This document shows positions 33,101 through 42,351 of a DNA stretch of 64,000 nucleotides, one piece after another (positions within the stretch are counted from its first letter, which is position 1; each line of letters opens with the position of its first letter). The DNA is taken from NCBI GenBank assembly GCA_963817915.1, contig CAWFQL010000012.1, forward strand, positions 480,001 to 544,000, written 5' to 3'. The position numbers and the translations under genes are program-made. Under the pieces are notes generated by a model, which saw nothing but the letters and a program-made list of their open reading frames with translations, had not been told where the DNA came from and ran no database searches. This stretch comes from an uncultured candidate division Zixibacteria bacterium (GTDB lineage: Bacteria; Zixibacteria; MSB-5A5; UBA10806).

Positions 33101-34797
33101 AGGGTGCACTCAATGCCTATTTCGCCAGCTCTCTTAACATCGTGGGCAATACCTTCAACCTAAACGGCTTTGCGTTTATATGGGGCGGAATCGGGACGAT
33201 CGTGAATGGCAACACGTTTACAAATAGCGATCAGGCATTGTATGTATCCGATGATACAAACGCGGTATTTAGCAATAATGTCCTTAATACCAACAACTAC
33301 GGAATCATCGCGGATGGCGCTTGCCTTAATCAGAATTATACCGGCAACACGATTACCGGAAATATGGCGACCGGTATTGTTGTTCAACCTTACGATATTT
33401 ACGAACCGGCAGGGATGTCATTCCGGGCTAACAATATCAGCGGGAATGCCTCAGGACTCGAAAATGCAACCTCGAATCTAATAGATGCCACCGGAAATTG
33501 GTGGGGGGATGTGCAGGGCCCGCTGGTATCTACCCTGCGCTCCGGGAATAACCTCAGAGTCAGACCAAATTGGATATCGCGGATGGATGGATCGCCCGAA
33601 GATAAGCCAAATCTCGCCGAAAGATCTCTTCTGCAGAGTGCGTCCGAATCGGGAATCTCGAAACAGAAAATATCAGCTTCAGCCTCCACTTCCCGCGGTG
33701 CTTCGGGCAACACCATAGCCTCGATTCTTACCAATGGCGACGGCATTTCAGGTCTTATTGATTATTCTCCCTGGTGGGGCGCCAATTACGTCGGAGATCC
33801 TCATTCATCACCATGGGGTTGGTGGATGAATCCTTCAAATGCATCCAATATCCAGGAGTCAATCAATTCAGCTTCATCTGGCGATAGCATTCTTGTTCTC
33901 CCCGAAACTTACTCGGGAACCGGCAATTTCAATATTGATTTCGGCGGAAAGAATCTGAGACTATTCGGCGCCGATAGTATCGAGAATGTGATAATAGACT
34001 GTCAACATGCTGGACGGGCCTTCCACTTCCATAGTGGCGAGAGCTCATCGGCAATGGTCAAAGGATTCACGATTAAGAACGGCTCCGCAACCGGAAACGG
34101 TGGAGCGATTCTAATCGAAAATTCAAGTTCCCCGCAAATTCTACATTCTTTGATAATTCAAAATCGGGCCAGCGGTAATGGGGGGGCAATTTGCATTTCA
34201 AATTCCAGCCCGTCTATTAGAAACAACACGATTCTATGGAATAGATCAACGGGCGATGGCGGAGGACTATATATCGCAAACTCCAGTCCCATCGTACTGC
34301 ACACCATTATCTGGCAGGATACCGGGTCTGTCGGAAATGAAATTGCGGCTTCAGGCGGTAGCCCATCGATCACTTACTCTGATATCGACGGCGGTTGGCC
34401 GGGCGAGGGCAATATCGATTGCGATCCCAATTTCTGCGACCCGGAAAACGGCAATTTCTATATTTCAGATCTCTCTTGCTGCCTTAATTCCGGCATAGGC
34501 GGAAATAATATCGGAGCGTTCGAGCTTGGATGCACCGGCGATTTCATCCCTGGCGATGCAAATGCCAGCGGTACTGTCAACGGCCTGGATGTTGTCTATA
34601 TGGTCAATTATTTCAAGGATACCGGGCCGCCTATTCCTGCCCCGATCTGGCGCGCCGATGCCAACGGGAATTGCATGGTGAATGGGTTAGACGTTGTTTA
34701 TATGGTTAATTTCTTTAAAGGCAGCGGCAATGGACCTATCGATGGAGATTGTTTTGGCAGTGGAGTAAGCTCAAGCTCTCAATCAGAGAGCCGTTAG
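30123..34797 (+). CDS. Large secreted protein (~1550 aa): propeller-like N-terminus, three right-handed beta-helix (pectin-lyase-like) regions, C-terminal dockerin; frameshift near 30566
   Basis: GAGGTG RBS and signal peptide; repeated IQ(N/E)(A/S)IN..G(E/N)Y starts and NWWG/DY(T/S)PW caps; GDANASGTVNGLDVVYMVNYFK duplicated at C-terminus. Confidence 0.85.
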
Positions 34798-34945
34798 AGC
34801 GATGACGAAATCAATAACAAGAGTTATTCCCGATAATAAAGGGAGGCAAAAGAGCTAAAAAATCCAGGTGACCGGTTGATGCGGTAAAGGATTTCGAATC
34901 TTGAACCCCGCCATTATTGTTGATCTGGGATAGCAATAAAAGCTG

Positions 34946-34977
34946 AGGGGGGCTGGCAAAGCCCCCCTATTTTATTT
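34946..34977 (+). terminator. Intrinsic terminator after the large secreted protein
   Basis: aggggggct-ggcaa-agcccccct followed by attttattt. Confidence 0.75.
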
Positions 34978-34994
34978 ACTCGATTTAAGCCATT

Positions 34995-35034
34995 AAAAAA
35001 ACCAACATTACCATTTAAGGTTGATAATGTTGGT
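34995..35034 (-). terminator. Intrinsic terminator on minus strand with no annotated gene upstream
   Basis: accaacatta...taatgttggt stem followed by a 7-T run on the minus strand. Confidence 0.7.
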
Positions 35035-35105
35035 GTCAGGGAATGTTCGGACAACATTGTGGAGGTGTGAGCCTCATGTTGCCAAATCCTGTTGCGCGTA
35101 CGTCC
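34995..35105 (-). ncRNA. Candidate ~110-nt small transcript B (sRNA or mini-ORF mRNA)
   Basis: Bounded by operator + TTGACA promoter (35140) and terminator; internal caacat/atgttg stem and CACCTCC anti-SD motif. Confidence 0.45.
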
Positions 35106-35111
35106 ACACGC

Positions 35112-35182
35112 AATAAAAGGCCAAATTACCCTTTTGTCAATACTACTAATATGCGCATATAATGCGTAGTGCTATATACGTA
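35112..35182 (-). promoter_or_regulatory. Operator copy (TGCGTAG-tgctat-ATACGTA, 35163-35182, two mismatches) plus TTGACA at 35140-35135
   Basis: 22-bp spacing to -35 identical to the other two copies; -10 element weak. Confidence 0.6.
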
Positions 35183-35308
35183 ATCGCTTTTTGCCCAGTT
35201 CTGGAATTCGCTTAAAGTGTTGTAAATAAGCGGATTAGCGTAATTTGCTGATTTTTGGCAAATTGGGCAGCTCTATAGGTATTTTTTTTGTCAGATTTCA
35301 TTCTTTTT

Positions 35309-35600
35309 GAAAAGAAAAATGCGGAAAGATTGTCTTTCGCTTCAAATGGGCACCCGGCCGGGTCATTTATTTTCAAAATGACCCAGCCTGCCCTTCCCCT
35401 TTTACCCTCCCCAGGACATTTAACCAAGATAAAAGAGGAGCGATTTCCCTGAAGGTTTAGGTTCCTGAATCCAACTATCAAAGATCATTAATCAGGATCC
35501 GTCCGTGAATGAGGACTTTGGCCGTTTTATTTTTCTTCCATGAAAATTGACCAGTATCAAATACCCTCTTAGCTGCAAATTCACGATAAAATAAAAATCT
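35309..35600 (-). ncRNA. Candidate ~290-nt structured RNA A
   Basis: Downstream of operator + TTGACA; several stems (tcctga/tcagga, tcctcttttatc/ggtaaaagggga, ggctgggtcattt/aaatgacccggcc); ends in hairpin plus U-rich tract; no convincing ORF. Confidence 0.45.
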
Positions 35601-35607
35601 AATGTGT

Positions 35608-35678
35608 TATTTAATCAACTTTATGGTTTATGTCAACACGAGTAAAATACGGATAGATTGCGTATACAATTATACGCA
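35608..35678 (-). promoter_or_regulatory. Operator copy TGCGTAT-acaatt-ATACGCA (35659-35678) plus TTGACA at 35636-35631
   Basis: Perfect palindrome abutting the stop codon of LuxR paralog 2, 22 bp from -35. Confidence 0.7.
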
Positions 35679-37505
35679 TTAATGGCTTTGCAGGAAGGTC
35701 GCCAGATTTATTTTTCTGTTCGTCAAACCCAATTTTTTTCGTATCACTTCACGATGCTTGTGAACTGTCGCGATTGAAATCCTAAAGGCGCGGGCGATAT
35801 CATGTGAATTGGCGCCTTCTTTGATCATATTGCATATTTCTGCTTCTCTGGAAGACAGCTTGGAGTACAAGTGCGCCGATCCGCCGCTGGAATCGGCAAT
35901 CTCTTCCAGCCCTTTCCTTAATAATTCATAATAAACGAGGCTGATCGAGCCATCCCTTTTCTTTACTTTATGAAGAGTGGGGAGAAGCTGGTTGTCGACC
36001 TTGTTTATTATCTGCTGCCTGATTGCATTTTTTTCGCCTTCTATATGTGCCATGACTTCTCGAAGCGCGATATTTTTTTCCTGCAGGGCGATTCTCTCTT
36101 TATCAAGTGTATCCAGACTCATAATTTCAAGTATCTTCTTGCAGGCTATATCAACGAGCTCTTCTAAGTAGGCCGCAATTTCGCTGTTTGGCCGATTCCC
36201 GTCGAACGGAGTATCGGCCGACAGCCAGCCGATGATTTTCCCAGAGCTATCAAAAAGCGGTACGAAAAATTCATCGTTAGTTTTCCATCTAAGCCCGGCG
36301 GCCCCCAAATCTTTGGAGGGCTTTATCTGTCGGCCAAAATCATCCGCGAAAATGCCGCTTTCGGCCGGTACAAAGTATGAATTGCTAATTCGAAACTCGT
36401 CCTGCGTCATCTTTCTCGATAGATCATCGTCCGGCGCCGGAGAGCTCCTGGCGGCCATTAAAGTTTTTGAATCCAACCCGTAATGCCCAATATGGAGAAT
36501 CTCTTTTCTATCACCATGAATTGTCATTACTGATCGCTCGAATAAAAGCGCGTCATAGATGGCGTGGCAAGCGTAAGAAAGGCAGTCATCTATCGAATAT
36601 GACGTCCTGATTTTGTTCAAAAGGTCTGAACGAGCCTTTTCGCGGGCGTTTAGCTTTCTTTGTTCCGTAATATCAGTCGCGATAATCTGGACACCTGAAA
36701 TTATCCCCTTGCTGTCTTCAATCGGCTGGACTACGGCATGTATCCATCTTATTTCTTCATTGATAATTGTTTCTACAACCTGATTCAGCGTCCGATTATT
36801 CGCAATTGCGTCATTTATGATCCCGATATGCTTGAGACCCTTGTCACCGGGAAATAAACTGGATATTGATTTGCCGAGAAAATCCTCTGGTTTACCTCCC
36901 AGGATTTGCGCGGCATTCTTATTCATTTGCAGGAAAATCATATCGTGCGAAATCCAGCATATAGCCTCGACAGCATTTTCCATGAGCATGCGAAACTTTT
37001 TTTCGCTATTAATTACCCCCTCGGTCGCTTTCTTCCTTTCGGTGATATCTATCATGGAGCCGAACGCGCCGATATATCGGCCCTTTTTGTCGAATCGAGG
37101 AGTTCCCGAAAGCATTACAGTTTTGTAATTGCCCTTGCCCGTGAGAATATCCAATTCATAGAGAGATGGCTGCCCCGACACGCGCTGCTCAAGCTGATTT
37201 TCGATAATTTTAAGTTGGTCATAAGGAATATAATTTAGAATACTTTGTCCCTTGACGCTCTCGAATGAATCTTCTTCAACAATCCGTAATAGCGCGGGAT
37301 TGCAATACTGAATATTATGGTTTTCATCTATTATACAAAGCCCTTCAAAAACAGAATTGAAGAGCTCATGGTAATGGACACCGAATTCTTCCAATGACTC
37401 AACTGATTTCGGATCATTTTCCGAATCCTGATTCTCAGAACGTTGATTCCTTAATGAATCAAGCTCTCTGATCAAATCTTCTTTTGATTTAGAATAATCG
37501 TCCAT
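35679..37505 (-). CDS. PAS-PAS-sensor-LuxR HTH one-component regulator (paralog 2)
   Basis: Two PAS domains, sensor domain homologous to paralog 1 (FRISNSYFVP, GWLSADTPF), LSSREAEI..ATVHKHREVIRKKLGL. Confidence 0.9.
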   Translation of the reverse strand: MDDYSKSKEDLIRELDSLRNQRSENQDSENDPKSVESLEEFGVHYHELFNSVFEGLCIIDENHNIQYCNPALLRIVEEDSFESVKGQSILNYIPYDQLKIIENQLEQRVSGQPSLYELDILTGKGNYKTVMLSGTPRFDKKGRYIGAFGSMIDITERKKATEGVINSEKKFRMLMENAVEAICWISHDMIFLQMNKNAAQILGGKPEDFLGKSISSLFPGDKGLKHIGIINDAIANNRTLNQVVETIINEEIRWIHAVVQPIEDSKGIISGVQIIATDITEQRKLNAREKARSDLLNKIRTSYSIDDCLSYACHAIYDALLFERSVMTIHGDRKEILHIGHYGLDSKTLMAARSSPAPDDDLSRKMTQDEFRISNSYFVPAESGIFADDFGRQIKPSKDLGAAGLRWKTNDEFFVPLFDSSGKIIGWLSADTPFDGNRPNSEIAAYLEELVDIACKKILEIMSLDTLDKERIALQEKNIALREVMAHIEGEKNAIRQQIINKVDNQLLPTLHKVKKRDGSISLVYYELLRKGLEEIADSSGGSAHLYSKLSSREAEICNMIKEGANSHDIARAFRISIATVHKHREVIRKKLGLTNRKINLATFLQSH

Positions 37506-37736
37506 TTTTCTATCAATAGTTTATTAAAAACCGTTCAAATATATAATGAATATGCGGTTATTCAAGCTATTTCTTAGTTCGACAGAGTTATATTGTCGGA
37601 TTCCAATCCCCAAATGACATTACGCCTATATAATATGTACCATTTTCCAATTTTAGATCAAAATAAACATCAATGCTTCCGATAATTATTGAAAAAATAG
37701 CCGATTAGACATATATAGGCAAAAAAAGGAGGATTT

Positions 37737-38334
37737 GTGAAAAAAGGTTTCGCTATTTTACTCATGTTGGGAATGCTGATGGCCTGCGGCTCATCGAGGC
37801 AGGTGACTCGAATGGATTCGAATTCGGTCACCGATTTGAGCGGCAAATGGAATGAAACCGATTCCCGGTTAGTTGCCGAGGAGATGGTGTCCGATTGCCT
37901 GCAAAAAGTATGGTTGACCGATTTTATTGTGCTCAAGGGGAAAAAGCCGGTCGTCACTGTAGGGACTATTAAGAAATTCCAGCAGTGAACATATCGACAC
38001 CGATGTCTTCTCTACCGATTTCGAACGGGAGCTGATCAATTCCGGCAAGGTTAGATTTGTAGCCAGCCGCGAGCAAAGGGGAGAAATCCGCGATGAAAGA
38101 ATGGACCAGCAGCAAAACTCGTCCGAAGAGACTATGAAGAAGTTCGGGAGAGAAGTAGGCGCTGATTTTATTCTGCTTGGCGGTGTTAAGAGCATCACCG
38201 ATCAAATTGAAGGCAAAAGCACTATTTTCTATCAAACCGATTTCGAGCTTATCAACCTCGAAACCAATGAAAAGGTCTGGATCGGCAGCAAGGAAATCAA
38301 AAAGGGTATCTCTCAAGGGAAAGTTAAATGGTAG
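37737..38334 (+). CDS. LpoB-family lipoprotein; frameshift near 37973
   Basis: GGAGG RBS, lipobox LMAC, DLSGKWNETD, shifted frame SEHIDT..LINSGKVRFV, GADFIL, TNEKVW. Confidence 0.8.
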
Positions 38335-38407
38335 AGTTCGTAAGAGTGCTTGTGTTTTGGTTTTCAATGTAAAATCATCGGCAGCTTGCTAACTGAGCTT
38401 TCATCTT

Positions 38408-39875
38408 ATGAAGGTTAATACAAATAATCAATGGGGCGTTTTCAAAAACGCCCTTTTGAAAATTCAATTGATTTCAATAAAACGGCAAGAAGCTCGTTAT
38501 TTACTCGCTGTTTCCTTAATTGCCTTGATTTTTTCGGGTTGTGGCGCGGTCGCTACTCGGATCAGTTTTTATAAGCCGATTACTGAGGAGCTTAAATCCG
38601 GGCAATTTAATAAAGCGATCGCAAGCTTTGATCAGGCGAGGAAAAAGGGCAAATTCGATAATAAGGACAGGTTTGTTTATCTCATAGATTCAGGTCTCTT
38701 AAATTATTACGCGACAAATTACGATTCCAGCAACCAAAAACTAAACCTGGCCGAGAGTACCGCTGAAGATCTTTACACCAAGAGCCTTTCCAGGGCCGCC
38801 GCTTCTATGGTTCTCAATGATAATATTCTGGAATACGCGGGCGAGGATTATGAGATTTTATATACCAACCTGATCAAGGCACTGAATTATGTCTCGTTGA
38901 ATAAATTTGAAGATGCGTTTGTTGAAATAAAACGCGCTAATCTGAAGTTAGAACTCCTCGATCAAAAATACGGTGAGGATTCCACAGAAATCCAAAAATA
39001 CGCTGAGAATGAAACTCCCGGCGCCCAAATCGATTATTCGGCCCTTAAAATCCGATTCAGTAATGACGCTTTCGCGCGTTATCTAAGCATGCATCTCTAT
39101 GCCGCCGATGGTAAATACGATGACGCCGCGATTGACATGAACCTGCTGATGAAAGCATTCGAGACACAGCCCAACGTATATAACTTCAATATTCCTGATG
39201 CCAATTATAGCTCTCCTGACGGCGCGATATTGTCGGTGATCGGATTGGCAGGCCTCGCTCCCACTAAAGAAGCCCTGAATCTTCGAATCAGAACCGATAA
39301 GCAGCTGGGTTTGGTGCAAATACTATATACCGATCCCTGGCGAAATGATAGCGAATACGGCCATTTAATATTGCCGGTAAAAGAAGATTATTATTTCAAA
39401 TTTGCCATACCGCAGCTGGTCGAACGGCCTTCAGTCATCAAGACTATTAAAGTATATGCCGACTCGAATTGCATCGGCGAATTGCAATTAATCGAAGATG
39501 TGGGAAAATTGGCCATAGAAACATTTGAAATCAAGAAAACCATGATTTATTTGCGTTCGGTTATCAGGTCTGTCGTCAAAGGTCTGGCGGCCAATAAGCT
39601 GAAAAAAAAGGCAGATACCGGCGGCTTGGAAGGATGGCTGAAAAAGGCGGCTATCGATGTCGGCACCGATATCTCTGAAAATGCGGATTTGCGTTGTTCT
39701 CGATTTTTGCCGGGCAGAATTTTTATTGGAGATTTTGATCTAATGCCGGGGACATATAATCTGTCTATAGAATTTTTGGATGAATATGATGTTATTGTTA
39801 AACGACAGGCTTTTTCCGGGCTTTCAGGTTAGAAAAGACGGCCTGAATTTAATCAGCGCCTTTTCACCTCAATAG
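38408..39875 (+). CDS. COG3014-like lipoprotein; probable frameshift near 39817, start uncertain
   Basis: Lipobox IFSGC, YAGEDYE, NADLR motifs; usual neighbour of LpoB-like genes. Confidence 0.7.
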
Positions 39876-39887
39876 AATATAATCCTA

Positions 39888-40379
39888 TTATACTTTTCCT
39901 CTGATATTAACCTGTGACTGCAGGTAATCAATAATCTCATTATTGGAATCGAATTTAGTTACCTCGATTTTAGCAAGTTCAGCGAGCTTCATGGTAGCGT
40001 TTTTAGACGCTTCCCAATTTTCTCCCGAAAGCTCATTGAGATAAACTACTTTCTTTATACCGGTTTGCACTACCGCTTTCATACATTCTGAACAGGGGAA
40101 CACTGTGACATAAAGGCTGCAATCCGTTAGGTCTCGCAGCGCATGCAAGATTGCGTTGAGCTCGGCATGGACTACATAAAGATATTTTTCCGGTCTTTCC
40201 TGCGGAATCTGATTGTCATCGAGATTTCTCGGAAAGCCATTATAACCTGAACTTATAACCTTCCTGGTCTTTTTATCAATAATGACCGCACCTACCTGAG
40301 TGCTGGGGTCCTTTGATTTCAAAGAGGCCACAATTGCCAGAGTCATGAAATATTCTTCCCAGCTTAATGGCTTCTTCAT
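39888..40379 (-). CDS. dCMP deaminase family protein
   Basis: SKDPSTQVGA, GYNG, HAELNAI, PCSEC. Confidence 0.92.
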   Translation of the reverse strand: MKKPLSWEEYFMTLAIVASLKSKDPSTQVGAVIIDKKTRKVISSGYNGFPRNLDDNQIPQERPEKYLYVVHAELNAILHALRDLTDCSLYVTVFPCSECMKAVVQTGIKKVVYLNELSGENWEASKNATMKLAELAKIEVTKFDSNNEIIDYLQSQVNIRGKV

Positions 40380-40580
40380 TTTATACTCTTCCTTGGATTT
40401 GCCTCTGCTTAGCCTTTACGATAACCAGCTACATAATTTCAGGCCCAAATATAAACTTGCCTAACGATGATGACAATAGAATAAAAGACGCAATTCATCA
40501 TCTTTGATTAATGATATCTATAATCCATTTCAAATACAAAGTATCATTTATCGCTTAAATCGATGATAATTACGCAAGTA

Positions 40581-40598
40581 TTGTGAAATTATTAACAA
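40581..40598. promoter_or_regulatory. Rex/CRP-like palindrome TTGTGAA-atta-TTAACAA upstream of gdhA
   Basis: One mismatch to TTGTGAA-N4-TTCACAA. Confidence 0.45.
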
Positions 40599-40678
40599 TC
40601 TCGGGGTTATTATTATTTATATAAAATATTAGCTGCAAAAGAGTTAGCCTATATTGAGAAATCAAGCTTGTATTGCTC

Positions 40679-40707
40679 TTGACATTTTATTGCTGTTTTT
40701 ATATTCT
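40679..40707 (+). promoter_or_regulatory. sigma70-like promoter for gdhA
   Basis: TTGACA-17bp-TATTCT. Confidence 0.6.
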
Positions 40708-40884
40708 GAGCTCAGTTGTTAGAAGAGAATTAACCGCGGAAATGTAATGAGGTGATTAGGCTCTTTAGATAACCCAAAATCCTTAAGAATGCGAAAAACT
40801 AAATCGGAATATTTCGATTTTTTTTCGTGAATAACGGGTTATCCTATTTCTGCATTTTACAAATTGTGTGAAGGGAGATAATAA

Positions 40885-42171
40885 ATGACTGGTAAGGCTT
40901 TTAACCCCTTTGTCATGGCTCAGACGCAATTCGATAACGCAGCCGATATTCTCGATCTCGATGCGGGGACTCGAGAGCTTCTTCGCAATCCGATGCGCGA
41001 ATACCATTTCAGTATTCCGGTGCGAATGGACGATGGCAAAACTAAAATCTTTCGCGGATTCAGAGTCCAGCACAATGATGCCCGCGGCCCGGGAAAAGGC
41101 GGCATCCGTTTCCACCCGCACGAGACTATCGACACCGTGCGCGCCCTATCCATGTGGATGACTTGGAAATGCTCGGTCGTGGATATTCCACTTGGCGGAA
41201 GCAAGGGCGGTGTTATATGCGACCCACATAATCTAAGCATGAAAGAACAAGAGCAGATCTGTCGCGGATGGGTTCGCTCCATGGCAAGAAATGTCGGGCC
41301 ATTAACCGACGTGCCCGCTCCCGATGTCATGACCAATGCCCAGCATATGCTCTGGATGTTAGATGAATTAGAAGCTATTCACGGTCAGAAATTGCCCGGA
41401 TTTATTACCGGCAAGCCGGTAGGGATGGGAGGCTCTCTTGGAAGAACCGAAGCCACGGGATACGGCGTAATATATACGCTCAGAGAAGCCCTCAAAGACA
41501 TGGGAATCAAACCCGAAAATACATTGGCAAGCGTACAGGGATTCGGCAATGTCGCCCAGTACGCGATTAATCTATACCAGCAGCTTGGCGGCAAAGTTAT
41601 CTGTGTTTCTTGCTGGGATCAGAATGACCAAAAATCTTATTCATTCAAGAAAAAAGATGGAGTCAATACCGAAGTCCTGCTCGGCATCACTGATCGTTTC
41701 GGTGGAATCGACAAGAATAAGGCCAAAGACCTTGGCTACGAGATTCTTCCCGGAGAGGCCTGGATCGAACAAGAGGTTGATATCCTGATTCCAGCCGCTA
41801 TCGAAAACCAGATAACAGCCGAAACTGTGACCAAAATAAAAAAGACTGTAAAAGTAATCGCCGAGGGCGCGAACGGTCCGACTACTCCTGATGCCGATAA
41901 AGTTATTCAGGATCGCAGAATATTCGTGATTCCAGATTTTCTCGCCAATGCCGGCGGAGTAACCTGCAGCTATTTTGAGCAGGTTCAGAGCAATATGAAT
42001 TATTACTGGGAAAAAGATGAAGTGCTTGGCAAATTAGATATCAAGATGACATCCGCTTTTATCGCGGTCAGCGAGTTGGCAAAAAAGAGGAAGCTCTATA
42101 TGCGCGATGCCGCTTATCTTATCGCGATAAATAGAGTCGCTCAAGCCTGCAAAGATCGTGGGTGGGTATAA
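40885..42171 (+). CDS. gdhA: Glutamate dehydrogenase (Glu/Leu/Phe/Val family)
   Basis: GPGKGGIRF, GGSKGG, DVPAPD, RTEATGYG, QGFGNV, EGANGP, PDFLANAGGV. Confidence 0.93.
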   Translation: MTGKAFNPFVMAQTQFDNAADILDLDAGTRELLRNPMREYHFSIPVRMDDGKTKIFRGFRVQHNDARGPGKGGIRFHPHETIDTVRALSMWMTWKCSVVDIPLGGSKGGVICDPHNLSMKEQEQICRGWVRSMARNVGPLTDVPAPDVMTNAQHMLWMLDELEAIHGQKLPGFITGKPVGMGGSLGRTEATGYGVIYTLREALKDMGIKPENTLASVQGFGNVAQYAINLYQQLGGKVICVSCWDQNDQKSYSFKKKDGVNTEVLLGITDRFGGIDKNKAKDLGYEILPGEAWIEQEVDILIPAAIENQITAETVTKIKKTVKVIAEGANGPTTPDADKVIQDRRIFVIPDFLANAGGVTCSYFEQVQSNMNYYWEKDEVLGKLDIKMTSAFIAVSELAKKRKLYMRDAAYLIAINRVAQACKDRGWV

Positions 42172-42259
42172 TAGATTTGAAATCGACGCATCCCTGGTGA
42201 TTTTTAGGGGTTTGCCGATGGCAATAATCTAAGTCTGATACAACTTCGTTACCGAAACT

Positions 42260-42309
42260 AAAGAGATAAGGATCAAGGCTTGACTTAGGCGATCCTTATC
42301 TCTTTCTTA
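42260..42309 (+). terminator. 15-bp stem-loop between gdhA and dikinase gene (terminator or mRNA-stability hairpin)
   Basis: aaagagataaggatc ... gatccttatctcttt then ctta. Confidence 0.65.
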
Positions 42310-42351
42310 TATATAAGATTGAATGGCCACTTTGACTCAAGGAGTCGTTTC

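Noticed and set aside
34868..34913. tRNA-like 3' end (ttcgaatc...ccccgcca)
   Set aside because: T-stem and acceptor stem do not pair with correct lengths; no D or anticodon arm
35395..35540. CsrB/RsmZ-type protein-sponge identity for RNA A (eight GGA motifs on the minus strand)
   Set aside because: Several GGAs are paired in the evident stems rather than in loops; not supportable without folding and csrA evidence
39888..40379. Anti-phage dCTP deaminase
   Set aside because: Stand-alone 163-aa dCMP deaminase without a kinase-like domain or defence-island context
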